Source: a virus. Taken from it: a stretch of 64,000 bases of DNA. The position numbers were made by a program, and so were the translations under genes. The stretch is taken from positions 25,398 to 89,397 of IMG/VR virus record IMGVR_UViG_3300010158_000045; one strand, 5' to 3'. Shown piece by piece: positions 56,338 through 64,000 of this stretch. Position 1 is the first letter of the stretch. The number at the start of each line of letters is the position of its first letter. The notes under the pieces are model-generated. The model saw only the letters and a list, made by a program, of their open reading frames with translations, made no database searches and was not told the origin of the DNA.

Positions 56338-56757
56338 TTATTTTGGATGGAAATCGTATTCTGGAGGACTTAAATCAATAGAGGTCAACCCAAACGACAG
56401 TTCCTTTGGCTTGTCATCAGCTGACATCAACATACAATTGGTGTCTACACGAAATATTTTGCGTGTAGTACCGTCAGTTTCTTCCACAGTGATAGCTCTA
56501 GTCCAACGACCGTGTTCAATAAGGATCCATTCGCCTACTTTGATATCTTTTTGTTGCGGGCCAACAGCATATACTCGCCCCCAACGAGGTTTGATACCTT
56601 CAGTCTTACCATCATCGCTAGGTATGTAAATACCACCGGCACTAATTTGTTCGTCAAAACTCATGTCGGTAACAAACACGTTGTCACGTATGGGCAAAAT
56701 TTTGCCTTGTACTGTGGGTTTAAATCCTACGTGGCCAATACCTTTTGAATCCATCAT
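56338..56757 (-). CDS. groES: GroES-like co-chaperonin
   Basis: PIRDNVFV, SAGGIYIP mobile loop, GRVYAVGP, IKVGE. Confidence 0.8.
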   Translation of the reverse strand: MMDSKGIGHVGFKPTVQGKILPIRDNVFVTDMSFDEQISAGGIYIPSDDGKTEGIKPRWGRVYAVGPQQKDIKVGEWILIEHGRWTRAITVEETDGTTRKIFRVDTNCMLMSADDKPKELSFGLTSIDLSPPEYDFHPK

Positions 56758-57083
56758 TACTCTTTCCCTTCTGGATCTTGATCAGAAACATCTTTTTTAA
56801 CAATAATAGTCGGTGCTACAGGTGGTACTGCAACAACTGGTGCGGGCGGTACTGCACGTATGTTGACTTGATCTGGAACTGGTGCTGGAGCATTGCTAGC
56901 GGCAATAATTTCTTCACGCTTGCGTACAATTTTTCCACCTGCGCCTAATTCATCGCCACGGGCATTAACTCGCATGTTGCCAACAGCAGGTGTTGTTTCA
57001 TTTAAGTTAATTAACTTATTCATATCAATTTCTTTACCTTGCATACTGCGGTAAACAGTTTTTGGTTGTTCTTTCATTGCCAT
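56757..57083 (-). CDS. Hypothetical protein
   Basis: YRSMQGKEIDM, AVGNMRVNARGDELG. Confidence 0.65.
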   Translation of the reverse strand: MAMKEQPKTVYRSMQGKEIDMNKLINLNETTPAVGNMRVNARGDELGAGGKIVRKREEIIAASNAPAPVPDQVNIRAVPPAPVVAVPPVAPTIIVKKDVSDQDPEGKE

Positions 57084-57110
57084 ATTAATCTCCTTGGATT
57101 ATAATAGTAC

Positions 57111-57614
57111 TTATCTCAGGAATTCACGCCAGTCTAAATTATAGGCTAAACTATCTATTTTATGAACTCCTATCAAATATAACACATAACTTGCTACACT
57201 CGACCCTCTGCCTACACCCCATAGAATTTCTTTTTCTTCTAAAGTATCTACCAAATATTTAAGGTAGTACAATAAATCCATCATGCCGTGCGCTATAAAT
57301 GCTTCTAATTCTTCGCTAACTCTGGTTGTTTGTTCTGGAGTAGTACACATTCCGTATAACATTTCTACTAGATTTGCACAGTAGTCCTTGGGCATAAACC
57401 AAAGTTGTTGACTGGCCCTGTCGTAATCTTGGATATTATTGTGAGTTTCGTATGGCGTAACAAATCTAAAACCAATTTGTTCTTCTAGTTGTTTTACAGC
57501 ATCAGTGCGTTCAACAATCATGGTGTCGTCCACATTAAATTGATATCCATTATAAATGGCATCAAATAAATCGTGTTCTTCAAAGATTGGATTACTGTAT
57601 TTGTCTAGGCGCAT
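57111..57614 (-). CDS. DNA polymerase III alpha-like fragment (mini-DnaE)
   Basis: RVSEEL, WGVGRGSSVASYVLYLIGVHKID..YNL..EFL motif of the DnaE NTPase/palm region. Confidence 0.75.
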   Translation of the reverse strand: MRLDKYSNPIFEEHDLFDAIYNGYQFNVDDTMIVERTDAVKQLEEQIGFRFVTPYETHNNIQDYDRASQQLWFMPKDYCANLVEMLYGMCTTPEQTTRVSEELEAFIAHGMMDLLYYLKYLVDTLEEKEILWGVGRGSSVASYVLYLIGVHKIDSLAYNLDWREFLR

Positions 57615-57623
57615 TTACCTAGT

Positions 57624-57854
57624 TTAACTGATATTGATCAGTTTGTCAAGTCCTTTATCACGGCTAGACATCATTTTTTCATATTCGGCTTGACGTCGTT
57701 TGCTTGTTTCTGCTTTATAGGTATCCAGCAAAGTACTTATTTGTTGTTGCACACCAAAATTATTAGTCAAAAAATACTTTCGAGTTAGATCATTGATTTT
57801 ATTTTCTAACTCGGAATCTTTTAAAGCACTAAGATCGCCTGCCAATGGATGCAT
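57624..57854 (-). CDS. Hypothetical protein
   Basis: 76 aa helical ORF. Confidence 0.6.
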   Translation of the reverse strand: MHPLAGDLSALKDSELENKINDLTRKYFLTNNFGVQQQISTLLDTYKAETSKRRQAEYEKMMSSRDKGLDKLINIS

Positions 57855-58969
57855 TAATGATACTCGCCTAAATATTTAATGTAAACATTAGTACCGGCGT
57901 CGTATGTCCATGCTTCAATCACTTTGATATTGTTACTAGTACTAGATGTTAATGTTGCAACCGCGGTAGCAGTTACTCCAGCAGTAGGCGCACTAATGGT
58001 AACAGTTGGAGCAACAGTAGTATAACCATCTCCTGCAGAAGTAAGATTAATAGATTTTATTCCGTTAGATACTGTAGCTTTTGCGTTGACACCCGATCCG
58101 CTAATTGCTGTTAAAGTATATGTACCTGGATATGGTCGATTCAATGTACCACTGCTAACTACGGTAAATGCTGTGATTGCACCTGTACCTTGTGTAATTG
58201 TGGCTACTTGTAAAATAACATCGCTGTGTGCATCGATAGCCAATTGATCGCCAACTTGGAAACCTGTGCCACCAACTGATACAGTTGCACTAACGATTTG
58301 ATATACAGCCGTTGCTGTAGGGCTAGTACCGCCTGACAATACCGGGCTAGTAAAACTTATGGTTGCCGGTGTAGTGTATCCAGAATTAGGAGTACTATTA
58401 ATGTTAGCATTGGTTACTTGAATACTGTCAACTCCTTCGCCTCCTACTGTAAATCCTAAAGTAGTAGTTCCTGGCAATGTTGGATAATCGGTAGCATAAT
58501 GAATTGTGCCAGATCGTTCTGTACTAAAACTAACAGTTCTAACTCCAGCGCCGTCGCCAACTAAAATAATTTGTATTTTAGCCCATTGACCGGTAGTTGA
58601 CGGCCAGTTCACAAATGTTAAGGTAGGATTTCCAGCCAGTTTAAATTTTTGTATAGGGCCACTGGTTAAATCTATATTTGCATTGGCACTGATACCTAAC
58701 AAGCTACCGTCAAAATATACGCCGTAAAATTGACTATACAATGCATTGTATATTGTACTGCCTAGCATGTTATTTTGTACAGTGGTAGTGCCTGTTGCTA
58801 AATCTGCTTTTAATATTGTATTAGATTGCAATGCTGTAATTTCTGCTTTGGCAACACCTAGCCCAGCTGAAATAGCTGTAAAGTTATCTCTAAATCCCTG
58901 ACTGTTGTTATCTTGTCCGGCAACTGGGTAAGTTGTGTTAATTGCACCGTAATTAATCTGACTGGTCAT
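57854..58969 (-). CDS. Putative virion structural protein
   Basis: YPVAGQDNNSQGFRDNF N-terminus; T/S-rich beta repeats with GxGY/F motifs. Confidence 0.65.
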   Translation of the reverse strand: MTSQINYGAINTTYPVAGQDNNSQGFRDNFTAISAGLGVAKAEITALQSNTILKADLATGTTTVQNNMLGSTIYNALYSQFYGVYFDGSLLGISANANIDLTSGPIQKFKLAGNPTLTFVNWPSTTGQWAKIQIILVGDGAGVRTVSFSTERSGTIHYATDYPTLPGTTTLGFTVGGEGVDSIQVTNANINSTPNSGYTTPATISFTSPVLSGGTSPTATAVYQIVSATVSVGGTGFQVGDQLAIDAHSDVILQVATITQGTGAITAFTVVSSGTLNRPYPGTYTLTAISGSGVNAKATVSNGIKSINLTSAGDGYTTVAPTVTISAPTAGVTATAVATLTSSTSNNIKVIEAWTYDAGTNVYIKYLGEYH

Positions 58970-61900
58970 ACTGTTATCCTATCGTTTTTGAATACTAGGT
59001 ATTTATCGCTTGTGTAACCGGTGACAGAATCTATTATATATCGGTCCACGGTGTAATCTAAATCTTTAAAATCAAACCCGCTATTTTCAATTAATAGCTT
59101 TATCCCTGCACTTTTACCCACTAAACAATAACAAATAGGAACGGCAAGCACAAATCCTATTTCTTGTTTAGTGCCCGGTTGAATACTGCGCATCCATAAA
59201 GGCAAATAATTGCGTTCTGTTAGGCCGGTTTGCCCAATACGATACTGCCAATTCGTTATACTACTGGGGAAAAACTTACTTACATTTGAATTGCTAATTT
59301 GATACCCTGTACTATCGGCAGTTACCACTTCTAATGGTCTACTGTTGCTAGGAGCATTTGCAGTCAAATCCGACAGATTTCTACTCCACAAATTTGGAAC
59401 ACTATCAATAGTTATGGTATCGGACTGATGTCCTCTACTTTTTATAGATGTTGGCAAATGTAATCCGTTAGGTTCTAATGGGTCTAGCATTTTTAAATAA
59501 ACAACTTCGTATACCGCTGTTGTAGTTCCCGGCAAGTAAGCTACAGCAGTTTCTACACTATTAAATATAAATCGTTTGCGTTTATGATTAAGCCCCATAG
59601 CTGAAGCAAGTTTTGCCGCACTATTGGTTTGGATTCCTGCATAGGCAACCATGCTAAGATTATATTGTAATCCAAAGTTTGGATCATTTGATCTGTAAAT
59701 TGATTGTGGCGCAAACACTGTGGTGTTGTTCATAAAACTCTTAAATGCAGTTCGTTGAGTATTATTCAAGTATGGCTGTACTCGTATGTTACTGTAGGCA
59801 ATAGCGTTAGGTACATCTATGTTTACTGTAAATGTTCGAGATACCGCACTGTAACCAAATTGATCTCTAGCTTCTACAGTGAACGAATACGAACGATCAA
59901 CAGTGGTAGCGGCTACATCGAATGTTAGATTGCCATGGTCAAAGCTGGTTAAGCCCAATATGTGGTTGGCTGGGTCGGGGAATTGTATAACTTTACCGAT
60001 TATTTCGCCATCGGTGGTTAAAGTGAGCCCGTTAGGCAACACTCCTTGAGTAACCGTATACAATACAACTGCATTTAAAATTGTTGTTGTAGCACTTACC
60101 CGTAGCGTAGAAATATAGTTTGCATGAATAGTTCCAAGATTGCTTGGAGTGTTCCAGGTAATTACGCTGTCTATTTCGCCTATGATTGTTATAGTAAATG
60201 TTCTGCTTGAGCTAAGACTATCACCTTTATTACCCGGACGAGTTGCAGTCAACGTAAATGTATAGATAGTAGTAATAGCTGGTTGGTACGGAACATTTCC
60301 GTATAATTGCGCAGTGTTTAAATCAAAACTCATACCAGGTGGTAGTGAGCATAGTGTGCCTATGTAAAATATAGTGCCGTCTGGAATATTCTGTAATAAT
60401 GTAGACGAAATATATACTCTATAAACTCCGTTACCTAAATTAATTACGTTGCTAATTCTATAAGTTTGTCCGGTCGCTCCAGGAATAATTCCTTCAAAAC
60501 AAATATATTGTCCTATCGCAATATTGCCTTTAACATTGGTTACTGTAAGATGGTTACTACGAAACGAATTGTCAGTGTTGGATATATTAATACTGGTAGC
60601 ACGGACTTCTCGATTAATCACTTCTTGATTATAATATACATTATTATTATCGTACAATGCTACTGGAATAGTAAGATAGTTACTGGCTCTGAATATACCC
60701 AAGTTAGGATTAGATAACCACACTGGCTGACGCAAATAAGTGGCATCTGCGGTAAATCCTTGATTACCAACAAATCCATCCAAACTGGTGTTGTCAGCAC
60801 GGAATGTATCATCACCTACTACAAATATTCTAAAAATTCTCTGAGCTATTTTGTAACCGTCTGTTACTGTTACTTTAAACTGGTAGTTGACGTTAAGACT
60901 GATAGGCTGACCGTCCGGTAAATTGTAATCATAAAACACATCATCGTAAAAATATGTATCAAATCCGTTGGTAGACAGTGTGGCAAAGTCGTAGGCTACA
61001 GCGTCATAAGTAGATTCGTCGTAGGTGCCTTTTCCGTCCGCTGGTGTAATTTTAAGAGTAGGCTTTATGTATCCGGTAATCAATCCAGTGGAGTCCATAC
61101 TTAGACCTGGAGGCAAAGAACCGTCTCCGGATGCTATGTAATAAGTTAAAATGTTTCCAAGGGCTTCGTCAAGATCAAATGCTTCTATTTTATAATTTAC
61201 ATAAGTTCTGTCAAGTGCGTACAGTTGTTGATGAATACCTACCGGCAATGCTCCTGCGGCTGTGACAAATGTGGGAACATTAACAGCACGGGTAGTTATG
61301 CTGAATGTTCTATCAGCAATGCTTACACCATTAGAGGCTCTTATGCAAAATGTAAATGTAGTATCAGTGGCAACAATATAAGGATAGCCAATGATGTGTG
61401 AACCGGATATTTGTAATCCGCCAGGTAAAGCACCACTGATTATATTATAAGTAAATGCCGCTGGATCCGTAGCGGGATAATTAACGCCTCCGGCAGTATC
61501 AGTTGTAATGTAATCAACACCATTTATAGCAGTAGGCAAATATAAATCAGAACGTTCAACAGCTACAAACGCATCGAGTTGCATGCGAACAGTATCAGTG
61601 TTTCTAAGTATAATTTTCGATAATGTTTGAGATTGCAACCAGTCAAAGTCTCCAGGTGCCCATGGCTGGTTTTCCCAGTATAGCGCATCACCATCGCGTA
61701 GTCTTATCATCTGGCTTGATATGATATTTTGAAAAGTTTGTCCTACCATAGCACCGGGAACTGGAGTTTCGGCTAACCCTCCGACCCACAAATCAATATT
61801 ATTAATATTAGTATATGCAGTTTGTAAAGCGGAAGCTACTACGCTGTCTGTAGTTATTTGACTAAATGAAGTGTACGCCGATAATCCTAATGCTGTACGC

Positions 61901-63162
61901 ATTTGATTTAAACTTGGTAATCCAGCATCACGTCCACGTTGTATATTAGTTGCGGCAAGATCCATTGCGGCAGGCGGATCATTTAATAAATTACGCAAGT
62001 CTTCAATGATATGTACATCTAATTTATTACTGATGTCGCTGGCTAATTTGCGTATAAACCCGTCAGCACCGCCATTACGTTCAAACTGTGCAGGTGTTAA
62101 AAAGAAAGCCTGAGCCAATGTCAAAGACTCTAAAATGTTACCCTGTTCGTCTACACGATCTTGCGCACCTGATACAATACTATGACCAAATCTCATTGCT
62201 GCCACAGCAAACTCTACAGTTACGCTGGCATCGATATTTGTTTTAAAACCTGTATATGCCGGAATAGTTGAAGCACCGACAATCTTTGGCAACCATTCTT
62301 TATATGTTATATTTTGAAATTCGGCAATAACTATGTTGCGAGCACGTTGATATAATTGTTCTCCAGTCCATGTTGGATGTAGTACTTTTAATCTGTCAAC
62401 ATGCCAGTTATGTTCTCTGATGAATAGTGTTTGTATAGACGTTAAATCTGGATTTTCTGTGCCTCGAGGATCTCCAAATACAAAACTATTATTAACAACA
62501 GGTGCATATTGTCCATTAGAGCTGGTAGACAATTTGCCAGTAGTTGCAGGTTGACCGCCTTCTCTTAAATTAATAGGATTTTGAAAAACAGTTGGACCTT
62601 GTGATACACCTGGAGGATAGGCAAGTCCATAAACAACACTACAATCTATCCAGCCAGTGACATCATTTATTGGCAGTGCTGTATGACCAGCTATACCTGT
62701 TCCTGGGGCAATAGCACTACGATTAACTGGAATATGACTTCCGGGAGTTAAATTAGTGTCACCTGCCGGCACAACAACATCTATGTTAGTACTACCAGGT
62801 CGAGCAAATTCTAAATCGTGTGTTAAAAATTGTCCAAATGCATACATGAATCCGCTATATCCAGTAGGATCAGTTTCTTCACCTTCGTTGACTTGATCCC
62901 ACACTACTAAATTACTAACAGTGCGAGCATTAGGCAAATCATTACGCATTTGATAAATGCCGTCTACATAACTGTTTACAGCATTACGAATAAAAGGGGC
63001 ACCGGCACTATTTCGTAAAGTAGCAACCGGATGATGTCCTTGCCCGGTATAACTGGGATTAGTTAATGCCCCGCCAATAGGTAAGGCAATATTTACTGAT
63101 GTTTGTTCAGTAAAAGTGCCGAGACTTGCTCCCGACTGTTTTGTCCATACATCTAAAGCCAT
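58966..63162 (-). CDS. Large virion-type protein: animal-type heme peroxidase domain plus Ig-like repeats
   Basis: Peroxidase motifs FGQFLTHD, TGWIDCSVVYG, GDPRGTEN, REHN, RFGHS, NIQRGRD, DLWVGGLAE, LRDGD, followed by several G.LP.G(L/M) Ig-like repeats. Confidence 0.85.
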   Translation of the reverse strand: MALDVWTKQSGASLGTFTEQTSVNIALPIGGALTNPSYTGQGHHPVATLRNSAGAPFIRNAVNSYVDGIYQMRNDLPNARTVSNLVVWDQVNEGEETDPTGYSGFMYAFGQFLTHDLEFARPGSTNIDVVVPAGDTNLTPGSHIPVNRSAIAPGTGIAGHTALPINDVTGWIDCSVVYGLAYPPGVSQGPTVFQNPINLREGGQPATTGKLSTSSNGQYAPVVNNSFVFGDPRGTENPDLTSIQTLFIREHNWHVDRLKVLHPTWTGEQLYQRARNIVIAEFQNITYKEWLPKIVGASTIPAYTGFKTNIDASVTVEFAVAAMRFGHSIVSGAQDRVDEQGNILESLTLAQAFFLTPAQFERNGGADGFIRKLASDISNKLDVHIIEDLRNLLNDPPAAMDLAATNIQRGRDAGLPSLNQMRTALGLSAYTSFSQITTDSVVASALQTAYTNINNIDLWVGGLAETPVPGAMVGQTFQNIISSQMIRLRDGDALYWENQPWAPGDFDWLQSQTLSKIILRNTDTVRMQLDAFVAVERSDLYLPTAINGVDYITTDTAGGVNYPATDPAAFTYNIISGALPGGLQISGSHIIGYPYIVATDTTFTFCIRASNGVSIADRTFSITTRAVNVPTFVTAAGALPVGIHQQLYALDRTYVNYKIEAFDLDEALGNILTYYIASGDGSLPPGLSMDSTGLITGYIKPTLKITPADGKGTYDESTYDAVAYDFATLSTNGFDTYFYDDVFYDYNLPDGQPISLNVNYQFKVTVTDGYKIAQRIFRIFVVGDDTFRADNTSLDGFVGNQGFTADATYLRQPVWLSNPNLGIFRASNYLTIPVALYDNNNVYYNQEVINREVRATSINISNTDNSFRSNHLTVTNVKGNIAIGQYICFEGIIPGATGQTYRISNVINLGNGVYRVYISSTLLQNIPDGTIFYIGTLCSLPPGMSFDLNTAQLYGNVPYQPAITTIYTFTLTATRPGNKGDSLSSSRTFTITIIGEIDSVITWNTPSNLGTIHANYISTLRVSATTTILNAVVLYTVTQGVLPNGLTLTTDGEIIGKVIQFPDPANHILGLTSFDHGNLTFDVAATTVDRSYSFTVEARDQFGYSAVSRTFTVNIDVPNAIAYSNIRVQPYLNNTQRTAFKSFMNNTTVFAPQSIYRSNDPNFGLQYNLSMVAYAGIQTNSAAKLASAMGLNHKRKRFIFNSVETAVAYLPGTTTAVYEVVYLKMLDPLEPNGLHLPTSIKSRGHQSDTITIDSVPNLWSRNLSDLTANAPSNSRPLEVVTADSTGYQISNSNVSKFFPSSITNWQYRIGQTGLTERNYLPLWMRSIQPGTKQEIGFVLAVPICYCLVGKSAGIKLLIENSGFDFKDLDYTVDRYIIDSVTGYTSDKYLVFKNDRITV

Positions 63163-63710
63163 TAGATAATTGTTCCAAAATTTACTTGTAGTTGGGGCTT
63201 AGGATCTACCAGCTGACCCATGTCAACAGTGTATCCTCTAAAATTAGTGTCAAGACCCGCCGGAGTTTGTATAGACCCCATGTCAACATTTACAGTACCT
63301 GATTCAATAATCATGCTGACTAAAAAAGACAAATTAGGAACATCAATGCCGCGTACTGTAGTTTGGGTATCGCCTGGCCCGACAATATTGTGTCCAGCTA
63401 GATTTAAATTAGCTGACAGTGTGGGAGCAAGATCGTTAGCCAGTCGTGTGTTAGCATGTAAGTTGACTGTGGTAGAAGTATTAGTAAACGTAACTGTACT
63501 GTCTGTACTAGTTAATGTTTTAAACTGTAAATTCACACCATCACGTGACGCATACACACCGGTGCCACTGCCCACGTTGGCTCCGCCTAAAATAGTAAAT
63601 TCTGTATCTAATGCGGCAAAATTGTCGTTTACTTTAAGAAACGCAGTACGCAAGTCATCGCCAGTACCGTCGTTTGCGTAGTTACCTAAGTTAATCTGTT
63701 GTAATGGCAT
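63162..63710 (-). CDS. Baseplate wedge/fibre-connector-like protein (T4 gp9/gp10 N-terminal motif)
   Basis: INLGNYANDGTGDDLRTAFLKVNDNF; TAAATA at 63729-63734 upstream. Confidence 0.7.
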   Translation of the reverse strand: MPLQQINLGNYANDGTGDDLRTAFLKVNDNFAALDTEFTILGGANVGSGTGVYASRDGVNLQFKTLTSTDSTVTFTNTSTTVNLHANTRLANDLAPTLSANLNLAGHNIVGPGDTQTTVRGIDVPNLSFLVSMIIESGTVNVDMGSIQTPAGLDTNFRGYTVDMGQLVDPKPQLQVNFGTII

Positions 63711-63739
63711 GTTCTGCTCCGTTTAGTATATTTACCGTA

Positions 63740-64000
63740 TTAGACTGCTGTGAATGTTGTTGTCAATGCTAATAAGGTAATTGCTGTTGATATCTTATTG
63801 CAAGTTCCGTATTGGAATACCGGACCAGTATATAATACCACATTGCCTGCAACACCATTAATAGCACGATTGGTTGCTTGTGCGACTGGCACGTTGAATG
63901 TACATACACCAAACTGCATACTTGCTGTGCCACTCATTGTGACACCATACGTATTGGCCGCTGTACTAGTATTGTTTAGAATACAGTTGCCCATGCCAAA
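63740..64000 (-). CDS. 3' end of a putative structural protein (truncated by window edge)
   Basis: Open frame of small beta-strand residues running to the window end. Confidence 0.5.
   Translation of the reverse strand, partial: FGMGNCILNNTSTAANTYGVTMSGTASMQFGVCTFNVPVAQATNRAINGVAGNVVLYTGPVFQYGTCNKISTAITLLALTTTFTAV

Noticed and set aside
63220-63681. 153-aa + strand ORF and many other short antisense or alternative-frame ORFs in the track
   Set aside because: They lie wholly within well-supported genes and have no motifs; typical shadow ORFs.
1-64000. Stop-codon reassignment, tRNA genes, CRISPR array, integrase
   Set aside because: Recognisable genes are full-length in the standard code, intergenic gaps are mostly short, and no cloverleaf, repeat-spacer array or recombinase motif was seen by eye.

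Overview
This 64 kb, AT-rich, densely coding window comes from a large lytic tailed phage (T4-like or jumbo myovirus type). Its holin/spanin/endolysin cassette points to a Gram-negative host. Positions 1-12.0 kb (+ strand) carry the end of an S53 protease gene, paralogous tail-fibre/baseplate genes and four GT-A-like glycosyltransferases. Positions 12-64 kb are almost all - strand. They carry thyX, a MoxR AAA/VWA pair, a BI-1/YccA membrane protein and RNase H. Next comes a ~13 kb 7-deazaguanine DNA-modification locus: queE, folE, a QueD-like gene with LxxxHRHxF and a TGT/DpdA-like gene, interleaved with a glycosyltransferase, two dehydrogenases, a PRTase, oxygenases and ugd. It is followed by a sliding clamp, a family B DNA polymerase and a block of probable internal-head proteins that includes Dps, a LysM protein and a nucleotidyltransferase. 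Then come ClpA/Def/DnaJ, the lysis cassette, phoH, a clamp loader, MazG-like, GroES, a mini-DnaE and more virion genes. The most striking observations are: (1) an apparently intact animal-type heme peroxidase domain inside a 1398-aa Ig-repeat virion-type protein; (2) a deazaguanine locus with no queC in the window but with sugar/redox enzymes; (3) a tandem pseudoknot-capable RNA element next to the polymerase RBS; (4) sigma70 promoters built into hairpins. All calls come from reading motifs by eye; no database searches were run. No tRNA, rRNA, CRISPR array or integrase was recognised.
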